NCBI GenBank assembly: GCA_963752155.1
Contig: CAVVXH010000010.1
Location: 320,001-384,000 of the forward strand
Direction: 5' to 3'
Source: an uncultured Parachlamydiaceae bacterium
GTDB lineage: Bacteria; Chlamydiota; Chlamydiia; Chlamydiales; Parachlamydiaceae
Length of the DNA stretch: 64,000 nucleotides
The notes beneath the pieces are model-generated. The model was not told the origin of the DNA, did no database searches, and was given only the letters and a program-made list of their open reading frames with translations. Of the stretch, positions 10,951-23,664 are shown in pieces. The position numbers and the translations under genes were made by a program. Within the stretch, counting starts at the first letter, position 1, and each line of letters starts with the position of its first letter.

Positions 10951-12685
10951 CATTAGAGGAAATCCACTTAAAGGGAATTTCCGTTTCACCTGGGATTGCA
11001 ATTGGCTCTCTTTTTTTCTGTCATTTTAATGAAGACACCATTGTAGAACGATCGATCACAGAATATGAAATAGATGAAGAGTTGATGCGCTATCGTTTGG
11101 CCTTAGAGAAAAGCAAAGTAGATTTGATAAAGCTGCGGTTAGCTCTTGATTGTGAGAAAATTAATGAAGGAATGGACATTTTAGAGTCTCATTTGCAACT
11201 TTTACAAGATCCTGTCATTACTGATGAAATTGAGCAAGAAATTCGAGTGTCGCATAAATGTGCCGAATTCGTTCTGCAGAGCGCTCTTCAACGCTATAAA
11301 AAGAAATTCAATACTCTTTCAGTAGCATTTTTTCGCGAACGTTTCTATGATTTACAAGCCATTGTTAGACGTATCATCAGTTGTTTAAAAGGTGAAGCCA
11401 AAGTATTTCAACCCCACACAAAAGCAGGGCTTGTGTATGCGCGGGAGCTTTCTTTTGTAGACCTCACTGAGGCTACTGTGAGCCATGCAAAAGGCTTTAT
11501 AACAGAAATTAATGGCGCTACGTCACACGCAGCGATCGCTGCAAAAGCCAAGGGTATTCCTTTTGTCACATCCATTTCTTATGAATTCTTGCAAGAGGCG
11601 ATAGAATCCGATTCAATTGTGATTGTAGACGGGAATACTGGGAGATGTTTTTATTCATCCATCTCCTGAAACTTTAGCGCGTTACACTGCATTAGTTTCC
11701 TCGAAAGCGAACGATCAGGAGCCCAAAAACGCTGCCGCATGAATTCTGTATTGCCCACAGAAACATACGATGGCTGTCCGGTGCGCCTTTCAGCTAATAT
11801 TGAAATGGCAGCTGAAGTCAAGCAATTGCCCGAGTATGGAGCCAGTGGCGTGGGTCTATTCCGTTCAGAGTACGCCTTTTTATCTCACATAAATTTTCCA
11901 AGTGAAGAAGAGCAATTTATAGTTTATAAGGAAGCTGTTGAAAGCATGAACGGCCTTCCTATCGTTATCAGAGCATTTGATTTAGGTGGAGATAAGTATT
12001 TGCTTGGGCAGGAAATTCCTTTTGAAAATAATCCTTTTCTTGGTTGTAGAGCGATTCGTTTTTTACTACAAGAGAAAGAATTTTTCAAAATACAGCTCAG
12101 GGCTATTTTAAGATCGAGTATCTATGGCAATCTAAGTATTATGCTTCCTATGATTTCTTCATTAGCCGAGCTAAAAAAAGCTAAAGAGCTCATTCAGCTT
12201 GCTCGTGAAGAGGTTGAATCATTATATAATATTTCAGTTAAACCCGTTCGTATCGGCTGTATGATTGAAGTCCCTTCAGCAGCACTCATCACTGATTTGC
12301 TTGCTAAAGAATGTGATTTCCTATCGATAGGAACGAATGATTTAGTCCAATACGTCTTGCGGTGGATCGCGGAAATAGTGCTTTGAGCCACTTATATTCT
12401 CCAGCCCACCCAAGTATTATTCGGTTAATTAAAATGATTATTAATGAAGCAAATCATCATGGCGTTCCTGTTTCTATTTGTGGGGAAATAGCAGCAAACC
12501 CTAAATTTACGGCTCTTTTGCTAGGTCTTGGAGTCCATGAATTGTCAGTTTCGTTGCGCAGTATTTCCACTATTAAAGAAGCTATCCGCAATACGAGCAT
12601 CGTCGATGCTGTTTTACTTGCCGAGAAAGCTCTAAGGCTTTCGACAGTAGAAGAGATTGAAAAGTTTTTAAAAATTAAAGACTAG
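10932..12685 (+). CDS. ptsI: PTS enzyme I, split by two apparent frameshifts (~11645 and ~12358)
   Basis: Three consecutive ORFs carry collinear EI motifs: SPGIAIG and TSHAAI; GVGLFRSE, ENNPFLGCRAIR, MIEVP and SIGTNDL; DRGN and SICGE. Confidence 0.92.
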
Positions 12686-12804
12686 CTGGTTGCGGTGGAG
12701 TACCAAGTTTTGAAAAAATAATTTAATGGCTTTTTCCTAAAGCTGTTGACAAAATTAGGGTTCTATCTTACTTATAGTGTAAAACGAGCCATTAAGGGGG
12801 CCTC

Positions 12805-13742
12805 ATGAGAAAGTTATTGTTCGCGTGCAGTTTATTTATTTCACCTTATATTTTCACTGCGCAAGATCTAGTCAAAACCAGCGCTGGCGTCAAAGAGTTT
12901 TCAATTTCAAACACGATGTTTGGGTGCCCTTCGTGTATTCCCACAAAGCCATGTCCTACTATTCCTACATGTACCGCAGGCTGTACAGGAGCTTCAGGAT
13001 GTCCTTCAGATTGTCTTCCAGGGACAATAGGACCCAGGGGACCGAAAGGGCCTAGAGGTCCTAGAGGACCTAAAGGACATAATGGTCACCACGGAAGAGC
13101 AGGTGCTACAGGCCCTACAGGAGCTACAGGAGCCACCGGAGCCGCCGGAAGTACAGGGGCCACAGGGGCGACGGGATCAGTTTCTATTACAAGCGTTATT
13201 GAGGCTACGACCTTGAGCACTGCTTTTCCGGCGATTCCACCGCAAACTGTTGGCGCTGGCAGTTATGTCGCTTTTTCAAGTCCTATTTCGAGTTGCTGTC
13301 CTTCCAATGGTGTTCCTCCAACTGGTGGAATGTCATTAGTTGAATCAATTTTCGGAAGTGGAGCTTTTGATACGATTTTGTTACCGACTGAGTCAACAGA
13401 CACATACTACTTAGTTGGGTATGGAGTGGCTCCGACATATGTTACAGATTCCACATCTGGAACCGATATCATTGCTTTTGGATTGGAATTAAATGCAGCT
13501 GGATTTTCATTACCTTACACAGTTGTTGGAGTGACTCCTAATAATGCTTTTCAGTTGATAAGTTCAACGGCTATTCTTGTGAATCCTGCAAATACAGTTT
13601 CAGGAACGATTAGGATAAGAAATGAAAGTATCAATGTGGTGATCGACCCCGACTACCTCTTGCAACACCAATTGATATGAATATCAATGCTATTGCAGGT
13701 GTGAGAGGCTTTATTAATGTTGTTCAATTGAATAACGATTGA
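12805..13742 (+). CDS. Secreted collagen-like protein 1 with Cys-rich N-terminus and BclA-like C-terminal domain (frameshift near 13650)
   Basis: Signal peptide MRKLLFACSLF, CPSC...C cluster, Gly-X-Y run. The family C-terminus RGFINVVQLNND* is in another frame ending at 13742. Confidence 0.85.
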
Positions 13743-13745
13743 TAA

Positions 13746-13970
13746 CAGCTAAGAAAAAAATTGTAGCTCATCATTCCGATGTTGAGTGTATCCACGTAGC
13801 CTCCAAGTGTTCTTAACCACTGTGTGAAATCGCAATAACCAAAAAAATGCGTGATTTCAGGCAGTGGTCTAGACCACATGGAGGCTATGATGAGCTACAA
13901 TTTGCGCAATTTCTTAGCTATTTCGATTTCACACAGAAGCTTGGACTACTTGAAGGCTACAGAAATTTGC
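13746..13970. mobile_element. Palindromic element, family B copy
   Basis: AGCTAAGAAA..AATTGTAGCTCATCA ... TGATGAGCTACAATTTGCGCAATTTCTTAGCT arms; related sequences at 23700, 31900 and 59427. Confidence 0.7.
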
Positions 13971-13972
13971 CT

Positions 13973-16908
13973 CTATTCCAAGCTTTTTGGAGTTTGTAAT
14001 AGAGCCATTAATTTTTCTTCAGATTCTTTAATAAGATCGTTAATCTGTTTTCTAGCTATTCCTCTAGCTGCATTAAATTTCGCCTCATTCCAATTTTGTT
14101 CTCTCATGAATTTATTTCTGACTATAGATAATGCTTCTGCTTTGACTAAAAGGTTAAGTTCTTGCTTAATCTCTTTCTCAATTTCAGACCCAGGAATATT
14201 TTTTTGTTTCTCAAATACTTCGGAAGGATAATTTTTTTGTTCCATGTACCTTTTTTTAACATTTAATTCAGCATCTCCATTTAGTCTAAGTTGAAGAGCT
14301 CGTCTGCTCACATAGGATTTTGCGTTTGGTCCTTTTAAATTTTTATCGTTTATGTTGACTTTGACATATTCTTGGATGGCCAATGCTTTGTAAAATTCGT
14401 GATGGATCTCTTTTGCAATTTTAGAACCCGGTACATTTTGTTTATCAAATTCTTGGGCAGTCATATTATTTTGGGCTAAGTACCTCTTTTTAACATTCTC
14501 TTTTGCCATTGATTTTTCTGCTAAATTTTCTTTAGCTGATTTTAACTCTTTTTCTAATTGTAGAATTCGCTTGTTAACTTGAACTTCAAATTTTGGATCC
14601 TCTAAAATTTTATTTTGAAAAATCTCTTTTAAATCTTTTACAGAGGCATTACGATTTTCTTTCAAGTTGCAAAATTCTTTGAAAACCATTTCTTTATAGG
14701 ATAAACGCTCTTTAATTGAATTCCATTCAGTCTTAAATTCTTTCAAGTTAAGAGGACGATCATTGGGATTATAGGAGAGTCCACGTTGGACGAAATTTGC
14801 TAACTCTTTATCTATTTTAAGCAATTCTTCATATTCCATCGTTTCTAATGCTGTTTTAACTTTCCCATTATTTTTGTTCTCAATCCTAAATATTTGTCGA
14901 AAGGCCACATTTTTAGAATATTCAGTACGCTGACCATCTTTACTCATAGTTGTATCACGATTTGCATTTAGATAACCATCTAGAATTAATTGTGATTGGC
15001 TAAATATAGCAGATTTTTCAGAAGGTACTGCATTTTTCTCTCGTATAATTTTATTTCCTTCTCTTATCATTAATTCTGGAGCTGTAACATCATGAGGAAG
15101 TCTTTGCGAATCAACTATAACTTTTCCATTTTCGGTCATAGTTATAATCCCAAAATCTGTTAATAAAGCTCGAGTTCTTTCGCCGGAGCTAACTTTGATT
15201 TTTTTTATTCCCCAATCTTTAAGTTGTTTTACATCTGCTTCTGAGAGTATCGTTTCTTTTTTATATAATTCACGACCAGTAACCGGTTCATAAATAGGTG
15301 AGCTTACTATTTTTCCTACTAAATTTTCATCAACAGCCATCCATTTTTGAGGATTATGAAGCAAGATATTGCGCATGGAAATGTCGTTATGCAAGATGCC
15401 GAGATCGTTAAGAGCTGAAACGCCTTCGAAAACATCTGATAAGATCTCAGCTTTTTGAGCATCTGAATAGTTATGAAATGAATTTTTCATTTCACCACCA
15501 TTAGCCAATTTTGAAATCACAACGGCCTTTCCGTTTTCTTCGAAAATGTGATGGACTTTAGGGCAGAAAGTGGAAATCAATGGACTATCTTTGATTTTTT
15601 TTGCTACAAGGAGTTCACTTTTAGCATCTTCTGTACTTACATTGTCATACACAACAAGTGCTGCTTCCTTTAATAGACCTTCCTTTTCTTTTTGAGAGGT
15701 TGGGTGTTGAAACACCGCCTTATCCACAGATTTAAATGCACCCTGACCTAAAGGTGTTGTAGTTGAGATAGCTCGTTTTCTTCTTCCATTTATTCGTTGA
15801 TTGTTTTTGAGTGAGAAGCTACATCTATAACTTCAGCTGGTATATCGGAAGAAATTACGATTGATGGTATTTGAAGTTCTTTTGGAGGGTGGTATGCATT
15901 TGGACACAACACTCTTATGGAAGGTGATCTACTAATTGGATAAATTTCTCTTTTACTACATTTTGAGTTTTACTTTCTGTTGAAGAAAGTGGGTGAGAAG
16001 GTATCTCTGATTTTTCTGGCAAAACTTCGTTATAGGGAGAAGAAAATTCTATTTCGGAAGAATCGTGTAGAGATAGCTCTGAATTTTCTCGCAAAACTTC
16101 GCTATGAGGAGAAGAAAATTCTATCTCGGAAGAATCGCGTGGAGATAGCTCTGAATTTTCTGGTATAACTTCGTTATAGGGAGAAGAAAATTCTATTTTG
16201 GAAGAATCGTGTAGAGATAGCTCTGAATTTTCTCGCAAAACTTCGCTATGAGGAGAAGAAAATTCTTATCTCCGGAAAAATCGTGTGTAGATAGTTCTGA
16301 TTTTTCTGTATAACTTCATTATAGGGAGAAGAAAATTCTATTTCGGAAGAATCGTGTAGAGATAGCTCTGAATTTTTCTGGCAAACTTCGTTATGGGGAG
16401 AAGAAAATTCTATCTCGGAAAAATCGTGTGGAGATAGCTCTGATTTTTCTGGTGTAACTTCATTATAGGGAGAAGAAAATTCTATTTCGGAAGAATCGTT
16501 TGAAGGTGACTCAAGCTTCTCTGGTTTATCAGTTTGCTTGGAATTAGAAGAAACATTTTCTTTTGTATTATTAGGTAGAGTTATTTTGTGTTTAGTCAGG
16601 TCAGTTTTACTTTTTATTTGAACTTTTAGCCTATTAGCTTTAGCTTGCTTCTCGATAACTGCTTTTTCTAGAGCTTCCACTGCAATTTTTTGATATAAAG
16701 TCTCTGCTGTTTGATTCCCGCCGCGTGGAAGATTTGATATTTGTGAACGATGCTTGGTTTTGGATTTAGTTGATGAAGCAAGCTCTTTCTTAACATTTTT
16801 ACAAGCTTGGTTTGGATTGAAGGGTGATTCTCCAATAGGATCTTTTTTCTTATCATTAGATATTCTATTGGTGGTTCTAGGGATCGTTAATGCATTATTT
16901 ATTAACAT
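13973..16908 (-). CDS. Eukaryote-like protein kinase with N-terminal 24-aa tandem repeats (one gene broken by at least three apparent frameshifts)
   Basis: ORFs 16246-16908, 15915-16238 and 13973-15727 join. LGQGAFKSV is in frame just upstream of 15727, followed by HNDISMRNILL, TDFG, TAPE and NPNDRP, then a K/E-rich helical tail. Confidence 0.8.
16006..16500 (-). repeat. About seven 72-bp tandem repeats (24 aa, ENSELSLHDSSEIEFSSP[Y/H][N/S]EV..)
   Basis: GGAGAAGAAAATTC core recurs at about 72-nt spacing; units alternate SPYNEV and SPH(S/N)EV. Confidence 0.95.
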
Positions 16909-17033
16909 AAGTATGCCGATTTAAAATTAATTCAACATAACCCATCATATTTTTATAATACAACAAAAAATATTTTTTATGAAAGTGTTATCTTGAAAGA
17001 CGCTGTAATATTAAGAGATAAAGTATAGGAAAA

Positions 17034-17324
17034 AATTAAACGCAAAGACACGAAGGCGCAAAGAGCACAAAGAGATCTTACTCATGAATTTTCATGTAAA
17101 ATCTCCTTGTGCTCTTCGCGTCTTCATGTCTCCTAAATAACAAGTTTGCGCCTGGCCATTGGTGCCTGACCTGATATTCTGACATTTGCCCTCCTGGGAG
17201 GTTACGTTATCATTGTAGGCAAATGTCAGAATATCAGGTCAGGCACCAATGGCCAGGCGCTTTAAAAATCTGTTATTTCCCGATAGGGGGCGCCGCAGGC
17301 AACTCTCTCGCTTTGCGTTTAATT
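17034..17324. mobile_element. Palindromic MITE-like element, family A copy 2 (inverted relative to copies 1 and 3)
   Basis: 14-bp TIRs AATTAAACGCAAAG (17034-17047) / CTTTGCGTTTAATT (17311-17324); 43-bp stem 17148-17190/17218-17260. Confidence 0.85.
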
Positions 17325-17358
17325 TTTCTTAAAACTTAGATCCGATTTGATATTGTCC

Positions 17359-18111
17359 TTATAAGGTCATAATCATAGGGACTCGCTGTGAAATAGGGAG
17401 TATAGTAACGTCAAATAAATAAGCATTTGTCTTTTGAAATGCTTCTTCATAAATTTTTGAAAAAGTTGTAATTTTTTGTTGTTCAAGCTCCTTTTCACCA
17501 ATTTTTACTTTACCATTTAAATCCTTCCGATTTTGATTTTGGTAATAAATCTCAAAAGTAATAGCATTTGAAGATGTTTGATTTTGTCGAAAAATGGCTT
17601 GATTTTTTTGGGATAAAAGATTATTTTTTAGTTGTTCTAGTGAACCATCAAAAACTAAATGTATTTTTCTAAATTCACGTAAAATTAATTGAGGAGTAAA
17701 AACTTGCATTTGTTTACATTTCATATCCTGAAGAATTTGCGGATAAGGCCTATTTTGTTCAAATAAATTGGCGAATGCATCATTACACAAGACGGATAAA
17801 GAGAAAAGTTGTGCGTAGATTTTTATTTTTTTCGTAAAGGAGGCTCTAAGACAAAGAGCTAAAATTTTTTGAGCCAAATGAAAAGCTAATCCTGATAATT
17901 CTTTGTTGTCAAGTTTCAAGTTGCAAAATTCTTCTAGTTCAGATAGTTGAGGTGTAATAATATGTTCACATAGTTTTTCCACCTGATTTGCGAATGATTT
18001 GGAAATACACATTAAAATTCCGCTGTCTTTCGCAATTCCGCTACAGATGTTTGCTTGTAATTCTACTGGAGTATAAGAAGGAAATACATGTTCAAGAGGA
18101 TTCATATTCAT
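17359..18111 (-). CDS. Hypothetical protein
   Basis: 250-aa AT-rich ORF with AAGGAG Shine-Dalgarno and an upstream promoter; no motif recognised. Confidence 0.65.
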   Translation of the reverse strand: MNMNPLEHVFPSYTPVELQANICSGIAKDSGILMCISKSFANQVEKLCEHIITPQLSELEEFCNLKLDNKELSGLAFHLAQKILALCLRASFTKKIKIYAQLFSLSVLCNDAFANLFEQNRPYPQILQDMKCKQMQVFTPQLILREFRKIHLVFDGSLEQLKNNLLSQKNQAIFRQNQTSSNAITFEIYYQNQNRKDLNGKVKIGEKELEQQKITTFSKIYEEAFQKTNAYLFDVTILPISQRVPMIMTL

Positions 18112-18142
18112 AATGTCTCTCCTTTTATGTTGGGTGAATAAA

Positions 18143-18171
18143 AATATAACATAAGATTGAAGTTATGTCAA
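18143..18171 (-). promoter_or_regulatory. Putative sigma66 promoter for 17359-18111
   Basis: Minus strand TTGACA, 17-nt spacer, TATATT. Confidence 0.55.
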
Positions 18172-18323
18172 ATATTTGTATCATTTTGTAAAGGAAAAAT
18201 TTAAATTTCTGGTTGAATCGGATGAACTTCAATCTAATAGCGCCTAATGACATAATTTTCTTGCTTCAAATTTTCATTTCGCCCATTTTTCTAGTTACCA
18301 TTGAATGAAAAAAGGGAAGCTCT

Positions 18324-19370
18324 ATGAAAAAATTTATTTTTATATGTAGTCTGTTCATCTTGACACGAATATTTGCTTTGAGTGCTGTAACAAGCGATAC
18401 TGACAGTTGCTGCAATCCAGGTCCTACAGGCCTTCAGGGGAGAAAAGGATGTCAAGGAGAAGAAGGCATTCAGGGCGTCCAGGGTGTTCAAGGGCGTGAA
18501 GGTATTGCTGGAAGTCAAGGAAATAGAGGAGATCGTGGTCCTAGAGGCGAACGTGGTCCAAAAGGAGATCGAGGAGAGCAAGGTAAAGTAGGTTTTATAG
18601 GTGCAACGGGTCCTACGGGGGCAACAGGATCTACAGGAATGACAGGTCATAGGGGGATAGCGGGTATAACAGGTGCATCCGGTCCAACTGGAGTAAAAGG
18701 TTTCACAGGTGCAACAGGAGCTCCGGGAGCCACAGGTGCAACCGGTGAGACAGGTGCAAGTGGAGCTGTAGGAGCTACAGGAGCGACCGCAGGAGCGACC
18801 GGAGCTACGGGGACAGGAGTAGCCGGTGCTACGGGTGCAACAGGTCCCACAGGTGTTTCTGGACAAATAGACAATATTATCGAAGCGACTTCCAATTTTT
18901 CTCAAATTGTGGCATCAAAAGGTTATTTAGCATTTAATAGTCCGATTCTTACACCTAGCAATGGAATTGATATCCCTAACACAGCTGGGATGGCTTTGGT
19001 AACATCTGCATCAGGAAATTTTGATACGATCACCCTTCCAAGCGAGAATACTTTATATTTGGTAAGCTTTGGAGTAAGTTCAGTCATGGGCTCCACAGGA
19101 CCAACAGGCGCAACGGGTGTAACAGGAGCCACAGGTCCATTTGATTTTCAGTTGGAAGTCAATGGGACCGCACAGCCCTACACTGACTTGACAATACCTG
19201 TTATGGATGAAATTGCATTGCTCAGTAAAACGAGCTTGATTGTAAATTCGACCGCTGCTACAGGAACTTTGCGTATCATCAATGTGAGTGGAGGCGAAAT
19301 AGAAGTAGATCCTATTTCAACCGAAGGGCTTGCGTGCTATATTTCCGTGGTACAATTGGACAATAACTAG
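18324..19370 (+). CDS. Secreted collagen-like protein 2 (BclA-like C-terminal domain)
   Basis: Signal peptide, SCCNPG, Gly-X-Y run, C-terminal domain IIEAT...FDTITLP...YLVSFGV...GTLRI...[10 protein letters not shown]. Confidence 0.9.
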   Translation: MKKFIFICSLFILTRIFALSAVTSDTDSCCNPGPTGLQGRKGCQGEEGIQGVQGVQGREGIAGSQGNRGDRGPRGERGPKGDRGEQGKVGFIGATGPTGATGSTGMTGHRGIAGITGASGPTGVKGFTGATGAPGATGATGETGASGAVGATGATAGATGATGTGVAGATGATGPTGVSGQIDNIIEATSNFSQIVASKGYLAFNSPILTPSNGIDIPNTAGMALVTSASGNFDTITLPSENTLYLVSFGVSSVMGSTGPTGATGVTGATGPFDFQLEVNGTAQPYTDLTIPVMDEIALLSKTSLIVNSTAATGTLRIINVSGGEIEVDPISTEGLACYISVVQLDNN

Positions 19371-19390
19371 AAAATAACAAAGGGAAGTTT

Positions 19391-20491
19391 ATGACAATGC
19401 TTATTTTGATGCGTGGTGTGTTCATTGCAACCGGAATTTTGGTTATGAATGGCATAGAAGCAGCAAATGACTCAAAAGATTTTAAGTTAATAAATATGCT
19501 GGCGGGTTCGGCGAGTCCAACAGGATGTGGCAATTCAGAAATATGTTGTGAACCAGGTCCTACAGGTCCACGAGGGCCCAGAGGAGTGCAAGGGGCTCAA
19601 GGTGTTCAAGGAGCTCAGGGAATTCAGGGTCCTATAGGTCCTCAAGGACGTAAAGGTGAGAAAGGGGATCGTGGTCCTCAAGGGGAAGAAGGGGCTAGGG
19701 GCAAAGAAGGAGAACGTGGATTAAGAGGGCCGACAGGTCCAACAGGTCCTGCAGGTCCTACAGGTGCAACAGGCGCAACAGGACCCACAGGTGCAACAGG
19801 AACCACTGGATCCAGAGGGGCAACAGGTGTGCGTGGTCCTACGGGGTCAACAGGGCCCATAGGTTTGACCGGTGCCACCGGATCACCCGGAGCTACGGGT
19901 GATACTGGCTCAACAGGTCCAGCTGGTGCAACCGGTCCAACAGGCCCTGGAGGAGTCACAGGTGCAACAGGAGCTACGGGGGCTACAGGCCCTACCGGAA
20001 ACGAAATCAACGATGTTATTGAAGCGACATCTAATACTATTCAAACGGTCTCATCCGGAGGTTATTTTGCTTTTACAAGTCCGATTGCTACTCCGGAAAA
20101 TGGATTGAGTGTCGTTGGTGGAATGACTTTAGTGACATCACCTTCACTTAATTTCGATACAATCCAGCTTCCTATTGAAGCAGGAACGACATTGTATTTG
20201 GTCAGCTATGGAGTTAGCGGGGTGATTGAGGCTACTGGTTCCACTGGTCCATTTGATTTTCAATTGGAATTGGGAGGTGAAGACCAAACCTATACAGATT
20301 TGACAATAAGTGGAACTGATAGTAGTTTGTTTAGTAAAACAAGTATTGTAGCCTATCCAACGCCGACTTCAACGGTGATTCCCGGAACTCTTCGCATCAA
20401 AAACATGAGTGGAGTGCCAATTACAGTGGGACCCCCATCTAATCAAGGGCTTACTTGTTATATCTCCGTTGTGCAGCTGAATAGTAATTAA
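19391..20491 (+). CDS. Secreted collagen-like protein 3 (BclA-like C-terminal domain)
   Basis: Hydrophobic N-terminus, ICCEPG, long Gly-X-Y run, C-terminal [10 protein letters not shown]. Confidence 0.9.
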   Translation: MTMLILMRGVFIATGILVMNGIEAANDSKDFKLINMLAGSASPTGCGNSEICCEPGPTGPRGPRGVQGAQGVQGAQGIQGPIGPQGRKGEKGDRGPQGEEGARGKEGERGLRGPTGPTGPAGPTGATGATGPTGATGTTGSRGATGVRGPTGSTGPIGLTGATGSPGATGDTGSTGPAGATGPTGPGGVTGATGATGATGPTGNEINDVIEATSNTIQTVSSGGYFAFTSPIATPENGLSVVGGMTLVTSPSLNFDTIQLPIEAGTTLYLVSYGVSGVIEATGSTGPFDFQLELGGEDQTYTDLTISGTDSSLFSKTSIVAYPTPTSTVIPGTLRIKNMSGVPITVGPPSNQGLTCYISVVQLNSN

Positions 20492-20709
20492 ACGCAAAGC
20501 GAGACAGTTGCCTGCGGGAAATAACAGATTTTTAAAGCGCCTTGCCATTGGTGCCTGACCTGATATTCTGACATTTGCCCTTTAGGAAGCAATGTTATCG
20601 CATCGGCAAATGTCAGAATATCAGGTCAGGCACCAATGGCAAGGCGCGAACTTGTTATTTAGGAGGCGCAATATGCCGCATGCGGCATATTGCGCCTTTG
20701 CGTTTAATT
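20486..20709. mobile_element. Palindromic MITE-like element, family A copy 3
   Basis: 14-bp TIRs at 20486-20499/20696-20709; 43-bp stem 20537-20579/20605-20647; perfect 34-nt palindrome 20664-20697. Confidence 0.85.
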
Positions 20710-20968
20710 TTTTCCTATACTTTATATCTTAATATCGCAGCATCTTCTCACCTACCAAACAACTGGTTATTTTCCAAAATATGACTTATGGGTAATAGGA
20801 TGCCCACGCGGGCCCGAAAATTAGCGGAAACTGCCGGATCACAATAATATTTCTTGCGTAAAATTTTCTTTTAGCGCATGTATTCTAACTATGTAGTAGA
20901 ATGGATTTTCATACCAGGAAGATCCCTAAACTAAGTTAAAAAAAGTGATACCGGCAAGGGGAAATGAT

Positions 20969-22018
<1,050 letters not shown>

Positions 22019-22047
22019 AATGTACCGGAGCATCAAGGGGAAATCAT

Positions 22048-23046
22048 ATGAGAAATTTAGTTTTTATTTGCAGCGTGCTCTTAGGAAGTCAAATTCTTGC
22101 TATTAGTAAAGTAAGTGCGTCAAATACGACTCCTTGCTCATCCTCAGTTTGCTGCAATCCTGGTCCAGCGGGCCCCATGGGGCCTAAAGGATGTAGAGGG
22201 CCTTTAGGAGCTCAAGGTCCGAAAGGAATTCAAGGTCGAGAGGGTCCTAAGGGTTCTAAAGGAAAGCGAGGAGATGAAGGAGAAAGAGGTAAAATAGGAG
22301 AGCAGGGGGCAACCGGGGTAACTGGTGCTACAGGAGCAGAGGGATTCACCGGTCCTACTGGAGAGGTTGGCCACATGGGTTTGGTAGGTCCAACAGGGCC
22401 TGTTGGAGGAATAGGCACGACAGGCCCCAGAGGGCCTACGGGGCCAACAGGGCCTAGAGGAGATACCGGACACACTGGATCTATTGGAGCAACAGGTCAC
22501 ACAGGGCTTGTGGGACCAGTTGGAGCGACTGGAGGAGGACCACAAATTAGTCAGGTTATCGAAGCCACTCGATCCGATCCCATAGGTACAAATGCAAATG
22601 GTTATTTGATTTACGATACGCCAATAGTAAACCCAGACAATGGTCTTGTAATCCCTACATCTGGGGGGATGACGTTAGCTGAATCTTCCCCTGGAATGGG
22701 TCGTTTCGATACGATTACTCTTCCGAGTTTACCTGTAGCAGAATTATATTTGGTAAGTTTTGGAGTAAACAGTGCCATTGCTTCAACTACAACTTCAGGA
22801 GTTTTTCCTTTCGTTTTAGAATTTAATGGTACACAGTTGCCTTATACCGAATTGACGGTGCCTAGAATTCCATCTCTCAGCTTGAGTCGTTACGCTATCT
22901 TCCGTAGGGTGACTATTGTCAATCAACCTGCGAATACTCCAGGAACATTGCGAATCGTGAATAAACAAACGGATACCATCGTACAGATTGGAACGCCAGC
23001 AGGCCTTTTCAATTATATCTCTGTTGTACAGCTGGTAGGGCATTGA
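22048..23046 (+). CDS. Secreted collagen-like protein 5 (BclA-like C-terminal domain)
   Basis: [12 protein letters not shown] signal, VCCNPG, Gly-X-Y run, C-terminal [10 protein letters not shown]. Confidence 0.9.
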   Translation: MRNLVFICSVLLGSQILAISKVSASNTTPCSSSVCCNPGPAGPMGPKGCRGPLGAQGPKGIQGREGPKGSKGKRGDEGERGKIGEQGATGVTGATGAEGFTGPTGEVGHMGLVGPTGPVGGIGTTGPRGPTGPTGPRGDTGHTGSIGATGHTGLVGPVGATGGGPQISQVIEATRSDPIGTNANGYLIYDTPIVNPDNGLVIPTSGGMTLAESSPGMGRFDTITLPSLPVAELYLVSFGVNSAIASTTTSGVFPFVLEFNGTQLPYTELTVPRIPSLSLSRYAIFRRVTIVNQPANTPGTLRIVNKQTDTIVQIGTPAGLFNYISVVQLVGH

Positions 23047-23061
23047 CAATATAAATATTAA

Positions 23062-23664
23062 TTATGTGCCTTTCTCCTTAAAAGAGTTTTTCAATGTAAA
23101 ACGCCAAGGAAGAAGAGCATGTTCTCCTGCATAGTCGATTCCAATGCGAGGACTTGCATGAATGTTCTTAGGATCAATTTTAAACCCTCTATCTTCAATC
23201 CATATTTGAGGTCCATGCAATGAAAGGCCATTATGTGCCAAAGTAATTCCTAGGGCTTGTGTTAAAGTTCCTGGGCCAGATGTGAGTTTAGCATCTAATT
23301 TAGATTTCTTGCGCCGTTTTAGCATCCATGGGATTCCATCTACAGGGTGTAAGGCTCTAATGAGAACAGCATGAGGAATATCATGAGTGTTTGTGATGAT
23401 GTTGAAAAGGGCATGGATGCCATAACATAAGTAGACATAGCAGATACCTCCAGCTTTATACATCACCTCTGTGCGATTCGTCCGGCGATTGCCATAGGCA
23501 TGCGAGGCTTTATCTTCTGGACCGCGATAGGCTTCGGTTTCGATAATCATGCCCGCAGTTAATTCATTATTGATGAAAGTGCATAAAAATTTTCCAAGAA
23601 GTTGTTGGCTAATGCACAAAACATCTTCATTTTGATAAAATGAATTGGGTAAAATTGTATTGAT
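23062..23664 (-). CDS. mpg: DNA-3-methyladenine glycosylase (MPG/AAG family); start codon uncertain
   Basis: IIETEAY, DKASH, YVYLCYG, AVLIRA, SGPG, RIGI and PWRF motifs. The frame extends upstream through LPNSFY to an ATC at 23662-23664. Confidence 0.9.
   Translation of the reverse strand: MNTILPNSFYQNEDVLCISQQLLGKFLCTFINNELTAGMIIETEAYRGPEDKASHAYGNRRTNRTEVMYKAGGICYVYLCYGIHALFNIITNTHDIPHAVLIRALHPVDGIPWMLKRRKKSKLDAKLTSGPGTLTQALGITLAHNGLSLHGPQIWIEDRGFKIDPKNIHASPRIGIDYAGEHALLPWRFTLKNSFKEKGT

Noticed and set aside
10932..12685. ptsI as a true pseudogene or naturally split enzyme I
   Set aside because: All motifs are intact and collinear, and similar single-base indels hit essential genes, so sequencing error is the simpler explanation.
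9690..12685. PTS without sugar-specific EII as a novelty
   Set aside because: A regulatory-type HPr/EI (plus HprK) set is already known in chlamydiae and other bacteria.
16006..16500. Possible CRISPR array
   Set aside because: Units are contiguous 72-bp coding repeats without unique spacers, and no cas genes are in the window.
20575..20784. 69-aa ORF between collagen genes (also 13851-14231 and 52499-52687)
   Set aside because: These start within palindromic repeat elements or run antisense to real genes, with no coding signal.
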